From a virus: 64,000 bases of DNA. The notes below the pieces were generated by a model that had not been told where the DNA came from, made no database searches, and was given only the letters and a program-made list of their open reading frames with translations. The stretch's first letter is position 1; every line of letters begins with the position of its first letter. The stretch lies in IMG/VR virus record IMGVR_UViG_3300042922_000250, positions 9,829 through 73,828 of that record. One strand, written 5' to 3'. This document shows, in pieces, positions 57,295 through 64,000 of the stretch. Made by a program: the position numbers and the translations under genes.

Positions 57295-58659
57295 TTACGA
57301 GCTAACACCGGACCAGTCCCTTATCCCTTGTATTTCTGCGAAAGCATCACTTGACGCATCCACTTGGTCATCATGGCCGCCATCTGGGAACGCTTCTAAC
57401 TCAGCAAAGTATTCTTCATTCCATTCACCGGCCACTACAAGCACATTACCACCTTGCCACTGTGCACTGAACGGCTCTGCCCGGGTTATCTTGTCGCCCG
57501 ACATACGCTCAGTTTTAACATTGTGTCCTGATAAGTGCTTGACATAGCTTTGGGCCTGTTCTTTACCGGCCTGCCCGGGGTCTTGTGGCACCCTAATTTT
57601 CACATTCCTGTATGTTGCCCGGTCAGTCTCAGCAGTGTTTTTTGTCAGCTTACGAACATCATTAGCCGCTTGAGTAACTCTTTTAACATGTGCCACAATA
57701 TAACGGCCATCGTCCAATTTACCCATCAGAACGCCAGCCGTCGCATCCGGAGAAGGATTCTCAGGTGTTGGTATGGTAGCTGCCAAATCCCACGCCCTGC
57801 ACCACTTGACCACCTTGCCGGGGATAACCGGAACGACTTGCACTTGATTGCGGTTGAAATATAACCCGGCAGCAGGTTTGATTTTCCAGTTACCAAATAG
57901 CAGGCGTTCTTTTTCGACCTTACTTTGTGCATTTAGATTGGCTAAGTACCCGGGGTCTTTCTCAAGCAAAATCTTGTTGTCGTATATACTGGACGCTATA
58001 AAAGTAAACGATTTTATCATTATGGGGTCGCAGGCAAACTTCTGTATTAACTCTTCCCGCGAATCTCCCCATTGCACAATGTCTTCAATGACGATAAAAA
58101 AACGGATTACCCCGCTCCGTTCTGGTATTGGATATCCTGTTTTTTGATTTATCCACCAGGAAATGAACTCAGCAACCCACGAATCTGCATCGGGGTTTGT
58201 CGTAGCTCGTATGTATGGCCTTACCCCGCACACAGAGCGATTACGTGATAACATATAAAAAAACTGCTTGCGAGTGAAATGTGTCAACTCATCAAAGCAG
58301 ATTAATGGTACTTCTGAACCCTGCCAGCTAAATACATCATTGTCATATTGAAGATGCGCGAATGTTACCTTTGCACCGGATGGAAATTTCATCATTAGGC
58401 GCGGTGTTTGCTTTGGGATAGCCCCAAGTAGAGGAAATAACTCAAGAGCTTTATCCCACAGTCCACCTTCGTTCGTTATCTGTTGTGTATTACGGCGAAA
58501 GATAACGCTGCCGAAGTTTTTGTTGCTATGGTGGCGGATATTTTCAAGCAAAAGCGCGTATGTTTTCCCTCCGCCTGCTGCTCCGCCATACAGGGCTATA
58601 TCTGCCGATGTCGCGAGGAATATTTCCTGTGGCCCCGGTTGCGGCCTGATCTCGATCAC
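57295..58659 (-). CDS. terL: Terminase large subunit
   Basis: GGAAGGGKT, FDELTHF, ATTNP, WDLAAT, HDDQVDA. Confidence 0.93.
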   Translation of the reverse strand: MIEIRPQPGPQEIFLATSADIALYGGAAGGGKTYALLLENIRHHSNKNFGSVIFRRNTQQITNEGGLWDKALELFPLLGAIPKQTPRLMMKFPSGAKVTFAHLQYDNDVFSWQGSEVPLICFDELTHFTRKQFFYMLSRNRSVCGVRPYIRATTNPDADSWVAEFISWWINQKTGYPIPERSGVIRFFIVIEDIVQWGDSREELIQKFACDPIMIKSFTFIASSIYDNKILLEKDPGYLANLNAQSKVEKERLLFGNWKIKPAAGLYFNRNQVQVVPVIPGKVVKWCRAWDLAATIPTPENPSPDATAGVLMGKLDDGRYIVAHVKRVTQAANDVRKLTKNTAETDRATYRNVKIRVPQDPGQAGKEQAQSYVKHLSGHNVKTERMSGDKITRAEPFSAQWQGGNVLVVAGEWNEEYFAELEAFPDGGHDDQVDASSDAFAEIQGIRDWSGVSS

Positions 58660-59441
58660 CGGCTGTCACCTCTATTGTTATCAGGCAGGTAAAAGCTTAC
58701 CTTTTCAGCAACTAGATTTCCTTTATTGCTATCATCGTCCTTGATCCTTGCAACCTCGGCCCGCAGTTTTTCTGTCCTCGCCTTCTGTTCTTCTGTCGCC
58801 AGTTCTGATTTGCAAAGTTCATCATACTGCTTAATCATGCTTGACAGCGAATTCATAGCCTTTGCTTGCACGGCGAGGAACGCCGCCTGACGATCCCACG
58901 CAAACTGCACTTCGTAAGTAGTAGAGTTTAATCCGTCGGTCTTAAGCTCTTTTACAATATCGTCTTTATCCTCAACATACATGATCTTCTGTGCCCGGAG
59001 GATAGCCGCATACTTAATGCAGATATTGCCCCAAAGTATATCTATTGGTGACACATCTGCCAGACTGTCGGCAATCTCTAATGTTTCGGACGGTAAATAT
59101 TTTGCGTACAGGCCGTGCGTCACGGCATTATTGTTCCCTGGCTTTGCCTTGCCGCCACGATTACCGATAGCGTTTTTATTCCCCTTAGGCGCTCCGTGGC
59201 CCTTAGCATTCTGGCTACCGTAAGGAGGTCCTATCTTTTTCTGTTGTACAACATTACCCTTGCTTTGTTGTACAACATTTGTTTCTTGTTGTACTAACCA
59301 CTTATCGCGTTGCTTCCAAACGGCTACTTTTTTTTCATCTTCTCCGACCAATTCGGCTATTTGCCGGTTAGTGATATCGCCGTTATGTTCAAGCCATATT
59401 TTGAAAGCCCTGTCTCTGCTAGGACTCCGTTCTCGTGCCAT
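58656..59441 (-). CDS. terS: Terminase small subunit (YjcR-like)
   Basis: N-terminal HTH ...WKQRDKW; GAPKGNKNA; NAVTHGLY. Confidence 0.85.
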   Translation of the reverse strand: MARERSPSRDRAFKIWLEHNGDITNRQIAELVGEDEKKVAVWKQRDKWLVQQETNVVQQSKGNVVQQKKIGPPYGSQNAKGHGAPKGNKNAIGNRGGKAKPGNNNAVTHGLYAKYLPSETLEIADSLADVSPIDILWGNICIKYAAILRAQKIMYVEDKDDIVKELKTDGLNSTTYEVQFAWDRQAAFLAVQAKAMNSLSSMIKQYDELCKSELATEEQKARTEKLRAEVARIKDDDSNKGNLVAEKVSFYLPDNNRGDSR

Positions 59442-59477
59442 CTACACCGCTCACCACCTCCCGGTTTTCAAATCAAG

Positions 59478-59681
59478 TTACTTTAGCACGCCAGTCACCC
59501 GGCTGCTCTTAAACTTGCCGCCATCTTTCCGGCAATGCGGGTTGAAGGTATCCATCATCTGCCGGCCGATCTTTGGCCTGTATGACTGACACTGGCAACC
59601 GTCAAAGATAACACGTCTAGCAATGCATATTTCAATCCCGTGGTGTTCGCAGTCTGTTCTTGCGCAATCGACTGTCGGCAT
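59478..59681 (-). CDS. Small Cys-rich protein
   Basis: MPTVDCARTDCEHH...C...CQSY; AGGAGG RBS. Confidence 0.55.
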   Translation of the reverse strand: MPTVDCARTDCEHHGIEICIARRVIFDGCQCQSYRPKIGRQMMDTFNPHCRKDGGKFKSSRVTGVLK

Positions 59682-59831
59682 AATAGACACCTCCTGTATT
59701 TTCGGCATAAGAAAAAGCCGCCCCGCGCACAGGAACGGCTCGCACCGCTGGCGCATACGGCCAGTCGGTTGGAATAATCTTTGTCGTTTTTGCGGAATAA
59801 TTTTTGGAATAAAATCAGTCGTTCAATTCCC

Positions 59832-59886
59832 ACTATAGCAATTTTAGCATGTCAAGCCCCTGCGAAAGTCGCAACTTTGTCGCAAA
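59832..59886 (-). promoter_or_regulatory. Putative activator-dependent late promoter
   Basis: TTGCGAC direct repeats 11 bp apart (59868, 59879) at the 3' end of the activator, followed by TG-TATAGT. Confidence 0.5.
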
Positions 59887-60301
59887 TATCATTTATCAAT
59901 CCCATTTCGATTCCAATTGCTTTAATTATTCCATCTGCCCACCGGTAAAGAGTAGCCCGGTCAATGCCTATCTCGCGCGCTATGCCTTCGTCTGTGAGCG
60001 TCTGCGGCTTCGTCCAATACCTAAGTTCAACCAACCTGTATTTATCTTCTGGAAGTCTGTTCACCACGTTTTCTATCGCCCGGCAGGTCTGCTCCATCCG
60101 CCGAATCCTCTTATTCGTCACCAATTGCAACGCCTTGTCCTGGGTAGGGTTACTTAAATCGTAGCTTGTGCCGCCGTTATTGTCGTGTACCGGAGAGGCC
60201 AGCAGCAGCTCGTTCTTGTCCTCGCCGATCGCGCGCAGGGTGTCGTTATAGTCGCGGAGCTCAGCTTCGATGTACGCTTTAATCTCTCGTCTAATTGCCA
60301 T
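59852..60301 (-). CDS. RinA-family late transcriptional activator
   Basis: YIEAELRDY, NPTQDKA, LVELRYW, HTH GIAREIGIDRATLYRW; upstream of terS. Confidence 0.8.
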   Translation of the reverse strand: MAIRREIKAYIEAELRDYNDTLRAIGEDKNELLLASPVHDNNGGTSYDLSNPTQDKALQLVTNKRIRRMEQTCRAIENVVNRLPEDKYRLVELRYWTKPQTLTDEGIAREIGIDRATLYRWADGIIKAIGIEMGLINDICDKVATFAGA

Positions 60302-60366
60302 TGTCCCCACCCCCATATAATCTAAACGCAGGAATAGGGCGGTTGATCCGCCCTTTATTTTATAAT

Positions 60367-60660
60367 CTATTTCCCCTTCAATACACGTGGTTTTCCGACG
60401 AATCCACCGCTAGCAAAGAAGTTTCGCACCCCTACAATCAACGCCTCACTGTTCTGTTGATGAGCGGACTCGCATTTTCGCGCCAATTGTTCAGCTACCC
60501 CAATGCCAAATCCGCTAACTTTCCAGCCTTGGCCGCATATTTCGCATGAGCACCACTCGGATTTTAACGGATAGTGCAAGCCGCGGCATTCTATTGCATC
60601 CTGGCATGTGTCATAGCGTGCATGACAAACGGGGCATTCGTATATCGTCTCTTTTTTCAT
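60367..60660 (-). CDS. Zinc-ribbon hypothetical protein
   Basis: YECPVC...C...H and CEIC...CE..H. Confidence 0.55.
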   Translation of the reverse strand: MKKETIYECPVCHARYDTCQDAIECRGLHYPLKSEWCSCEICGQGWKVSGFGIGVAEQLARKCESAHQQNSEALIVGVRNFFASGGFVGKPRVLKGK

Positions 60661-60983
60661 AAGGTTCCTCCCACTCCCAAAGCCGCTGAAACCCTTTAGC
60701 CGGTACTGGCTCAATCCGCCGGACGTTTTTGAGTATCCAGGCGTAGCGGCCAGGTTCGAAGTGACCAAAAGCGATTTCATCAGCGCCATAAGTTTCACGC
60801 CAGCCATAACGCGGAGTGAAATGGATCTTGGTAAGTAAGTTTTCGCCTATACATCTCCCATTGCTTCCCCGTATGAATCGCAATCGGCCCCCTATAGCTC
60901 GTCGCCCATCTCCGCGTCTCTATCTGCTTCGCGCCGCAGGCTATCAGGCTGGCCCACGGCTGCAGGATGGTTATGGCTTTCAT
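60611..60983 (-). pseudogene. ASCH-domain gene broken by internal deletion/frameshift
   Basis: N half MKAITILQPWASLIACGAKQIETR and C half FGHFEPGRYAWIL...AKG.QRLWEW are in different frames; central strand missing. Confidence 0.7.
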
Positions 60984-61765
60984 GGCTGCCCCTCCGCTAC
61001 CTGTTTGATCGAATCTTTCCATGCGACTTTCGGACGGCCTTTGAGCGCGGCATATAATGCCCGAATCTCGCTGTCACGTTGCTGATCCTTGATCGCTAGC
61101 GCAGCCAGCGCGACTTGCTGACTATCCTTTAAAACGCGCTGGTCAATTTTATTCATTTTACCTAACCACACTTTGTCGGTAACATAAGACTGAACAGCCT
61201 CAAACGTCCTGATAGCATCCTCCTTGCCGGAAAGCATCGGTTCCATACTGACTGATGTCGAAAAATCAAGTCCATATGCCACCATCAAGCACGCAATACG
61301 CTCCTTTGGCAAAGGCGATCCCGGTTCCCAAAACCTTGACAAGTCGTCGTCGAGCGTGCCAATCGTAAATCTAAATAAGATTTGGTCTTTGAAATGTTCC
61401 AGTGCAAATAGCAACGGCTTAATGCAGTCCATTCTTGGCTTTGACACGACCAAAACATTGTTACCGTTCCGCAGGGTTTTGGTCAGCACATCAATTGATT
61501 TTTCAAGATATGTTGGCGTAATGTCGTGGATTGTCGGGAACATGATCACACCATTTCTCTTTGCCATGCCGTTAGGGAAAGCGTTTTCTCTGACTGTTTC
61601 ACGTTCCCATTCGCTTCTGTCGGCAATCCGCTTGTATCGCAGAGCGTGAACGGTTGCATAGCAGTACCGGCATTTATTCCGGCATCCTAGTCCTATGTTC
61701 ATTGAGTGTTCAGACCATTCGCGGGTTCCTGTTCCTGTTCTTGCGTCGCTAAAGTTGGCTTTCAT
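60980..61765 (-). CDS. Radical SAM protein (gp37/gp68- or SPL-like)
   Basis: GCRNKCRYCYA (CxxxCxxC); VSMEPML. Confidence 0.75.
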   Translation of the reverse strand: MKANFSDARTGTGTREWSEHSMNIGLGCRNKCRYCYATVHALRYKRIADRSEWERETVRENAFPNGMAKRNGVIMFPTIHDITPTYLEKSIDVLTKTLRNGNNVLVVSKPRMDCIKPLLFALEHFKDQILFRFTIGTLDDDLSRFWEPGSPLPKERIACLMVAYGLDFSTSVSMEPMLSGKEDAIRTFEAVQSYVTDKVWLGKMNKIDQRVLKDSQQVALAALAIKDQQRDSEIRALYAALKGRPKVAWKDSIKQVAEGQP

Positions 61766-62130
61766 GACCGCTCACCTGCCGCATCCAGCCGCTGGCGCAA
61801 TCCGATAATACCCGTAATAATTGCCTCTGCCTCTTCGGTCGGTTCCGGCCCGCAATACTCACTGTTTTTAACCGTACCCGGAGGCGCAATAGTTTCGACG
61901 ACTTCTCTGATTTGTCCTAAAGCGGCCCATAGAGCTTTTCGGTTATCGCTGTCAACGGCAAGTTGGCGGCGCAGGACAGCGTTCTCGGCTTCCAATCCGC
62001 GCACATTAGCAATCAAGTCAAACAGTACAGGATCGATCAGTTCGCTAGCTTTTCGCGCGTACAGGTATGTATCCCTAATTTGCACAATCTCGTTTGCTAT
62101 TTTTTCGATATCGTCAAGCCATGTTTTCAT
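61762..62130 (-). CDS. Hypothetical early protein
   Basis: Coupled ORF with RBS. Confidence 0.5.
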   Translation of the reverse strand: MKTWLDDIEKIANEIVQIRDTYLYARKASELIDPVLFDLIANVRGLEAENAVLRRQLAVDSDNRKALWAALGQIREVVETIAPPGTVKNSEYCGPEPTEEAEAIITGIIGLRQRLDAAGERS

Positions 62131-62300
62131 TTCTTCCCCTCCATAACCTTGCCATCGTTAAAAATAACGTCAAAATCTTTCCCGCAATCAACGCATTCAT
62201 AATGAACAGCAATGGCATCAAATAAGTTTTCGTAGTTGACTATCCCGCAATCTTCACTGTCGCATCTCGGGCAGTTTCCGGTAAAGCGTTTCATTTCTTA

Positions 62301-62558
62301 TCACCGTATTTGCGTCAGTTTGTGCTCGGTTGAACCGTTATAATCGCCTAGCTCAGCATGCTCTCTGAGTTTTCTCACCGCCCCAGCCACCGCCTCAAGC
62401 CTGTCAATGCGGTCGAGCAGGGCTAGCAGAGTAGTGGGGTTTATAACCAGGTTAAGCGATACACAACCATTGCAAACGCAAGTGTCGTATGTCTTTTTTG
62501 TTTTTTCATGTTTTTTAACATACCGTGCCGCCTCCCGCAGGGCTTTTGTGTCAATCAT
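62301..62558 (-). CDS. Hypothetical (ead/Ea22-like) early protein
   Basis: MIDTKALREAA...NPTTLLALLDRI. Confidence 0.5.
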   Translation of the reverse strand: MIDTKALREAARYVKKHEKTKKTYDTCVCNGCVSLNLVINPTTLLALLDRIDRLEAVAGAVRKLREHAELGDYNGSTEHKLTQIR

Positions 62559-62712
62559 GGCAACACACCCCTTTCGATTAGCCGACTGATAAAACTGACG
62601 CTGGCAAAAATATTTGCAATAAGTCCCAGCCAGTTGAACCAGCCACCGTTATTCAGTACCCATACAAAAAACGCCCCGGTAAATATCAAATTGCCTATGC
62701 CTAAATAGTCAT

Positions 62713-62967
62713 TCACCCCTGCTCCCTCCCGGCGCGAAGGCGGCAAACACCCAACAGAAAACAATTAGCGCAATCTATGCTATCGTCAGGCAACCTATCG
62801 GGACAACACAGCTTTTCAGCCGCATCAGCCTTTGCCGACAGGGATTCGATTAGGTCGGCGATTTCGTTAGCCCTTTGAATTGATATTGGCTTTATGCCCG
62901 GAATGTTTGGAGCAAAATTAAGGAATTTACTTCGCAGTATTTTGATCGCCGTATCCTTGTCAATCAT
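62713..62967 (-). CDS. Hypothetical early protein
   Basis: RBS present; Cys cluster. Confidence 0.5.
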   Translation of the reverse strand: MIDKDTAIKILRSKFLNFAPNIPGIKPISIQRANEIADLIESLSAKADAAEKLCCPDRLPDDSIDCANCFLLGVCRLRAGREQG

Positions 62968-62985
62968 GCTACTCCCGCCCCTCCC

Positions 62986-63207
62986 TTAATCCACAAAACA
63001 TTCACTATCCCACCCGCACTTTCTACAACGATAACTCCATAATGTTGGATAGCCATGTTCGGGACGCTTATCGCGATAAATTATTTTGCCGGTTTTTACA
63101 TTCCGACCAATAACACATTCATAAGTCGACAGCCTAGTTATTCTATCACTGCCGCAATCAGGACACTTTGTTATTTGGTTCATGTTTCCCCATCGCCTCC
63201 GCCGCAC
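62986..63207 (-). CDS. Zinc-ribbon protein
   Basis: KCPDCGS...YRCRKCGW. Confidence 0.55.
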   Translation of the reverse strand: MRRRRWGNMNQITKCPDCGSDRITRLSTYECVIGRNVKTGKIIYRDKRPEHGYPTLWSYRCRKCGWDSECFVD

Positions 63208-63400
63208 GTTCTTGCCAATCCTTACATTTCGCCTTCCCGGAGTAAGGCGGGAAATTCGGCAGTATCAGTTTGTCATGGGCGGCGCACCCAACGGCAGTTT
63301 CGCTTACCTGTACGAGATTGCCGCATGTCTCGCATGTACCTGTGTCAAATTTCATTGTTCTGGCGAGTAGGCCGCCAGGTTTAAGCATTGTTTGTGTCAT
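63158..63400 (-). CDS. Cys-rich hypothetical protein
   Basis: TCETCGNL...C...CKDW. Confidence 0.5.
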   Translation of the reverse strand: MTQTMLKPGGLLARTMKFDTGTCETCGNLVQVSETAVGCAAHDKLILPNFPPYSGKAKCKDWQERAAEAMGKHEPNNKVS

Positions 63401-63867
63401 CGTTTCCTCGCCTCCGCCAGAGCATCGATAGCATCTCGAATTTTTGCGCCCTTATCATCCGCAACACCCTCAGTTTCAGCAAATCCGACGATATTTTTAA
63501 TATCCTCATTTAGTTTTATCACCGCATTTGCCGCCGCTTCCAACTTACGATTCCGGTCTATTAGCGTTCCGAAATTTTTTCTTGCTTCTGGATAAGGTAA
63601 TCCCTGTAACCCTGCTTCGCTTAATGCTGCTACAAGTGGGTAAATATGCTCTGACCAGTTTATTGTCTGAGTACCAATAATACTATTACGAATGTTGTTT
63701 ATCTTTTCCATTGCCGCTTCGAGCTTCGAGAGGCGACTCAACTCAGCAATGATGCTTTCCAGCTTTTCTTTGCCGCCGTTGTGCTTGTAAAGATAAGCCG
63801 AACCAGTAGAATTAAGCACAGCTAGTAAGTCATCGCAGGTTTCTATCGCTTTTTGTAAATCACTCAT
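63397..63867 (-). CDS. Hypothetical early protein
   Basis: GGAGGT RBS; coupled ORF. Confidence 0.55.
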   Translation of the reverse strand: MSDLQKAIETCDDLLAVLNSTGSAYLYKHNGGKEKLESIIAELSRLSKLEAAMEKINNIRNSIIGTQTINWSEHIYPLVAALSEAGLQGLPYPEARKNFGTLIDRNRKLEAAANAVIKLNEDIKNIVGFAETEGVADDKGAKIRDAIDALAEARKR

Positions 63868-64000
63868 CGCCGCTACCTCCGATCAAATCCGGGTTGTCGT
63901 GGATGTTGCCGCTCTCCCTCTCTAAAACGATAATGGACAATATCACCCATCCGTCAAGCAACCCGTACATTGGTCCTTTAAGTACATGAGTGACAACCGA
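63860..64000 (-). CDS. Partial DUF3850-like protein fused to a YopX C-terminal remnant
   Basis: Manual translation ...VTHVLKGPMYGLLDGWVILSI...GNIHDNPDLI; 5' end off the window. Confidence 0.5.
   Translation of the reverse strand, partial: SVVTHVLKGPMYGLLDGWVILSIIVLERESGNIHDNPDLIGGSGDE

Noticed and set aside
38019-59589. Numerous plus-strand ORFs antisense to structural genes
   Set aside because: No RBS or recognisable motifs; shadow ORFs of the coding strand.

Overview
The whole window is temperate-phage DNA with Bacillota-type signals: AGGAGG ribosome-binding sites, sigmaA promoters, RinA, Sak4/gp157. Spanin-like lysis genes point to a diderm Negativicutes host, which is an inference. Read on the minus strand from right to left, the order is: (1) a partly eroded early accessory region and a RinA-type late activator (60-64 kb); (2) a complete myovirus head, contractile tail, baseplate, fibre and lysis module (35.1-59.4 kb); (3) about 5 kb of small-gene cassettes (30-35 kb); (4) a second, apparently complete P22/N4-gp56-like podovirus packaging, head, tail, ejection and lysis module (9.2-29.4 kb); (5) an attP-like site with integrase arm repeats on both sides; (6) a single integrase, immunity, antirepressor and recombination region (1-8.1 kb). 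No integrase, repressor or late activator lies between the two virion modules. Main findings: two morphogenesis systems apparently sharing one lysogeny module; a dual-frame overlapping, non-lipoprotein spanin-like gene pair conserved in both lysis cassettes; a gp7-like ejection protein with a C-terminal Hint domain; a stand-alone integrase arm-binding protein; a twister-like ribozyme; a tRNA-like RNA between terS and terL; duplicated tail-fibre N-termini; and a -1 tail-chaperone frameshift. All family assignments come from motif recognition and gene order, not from database searches.
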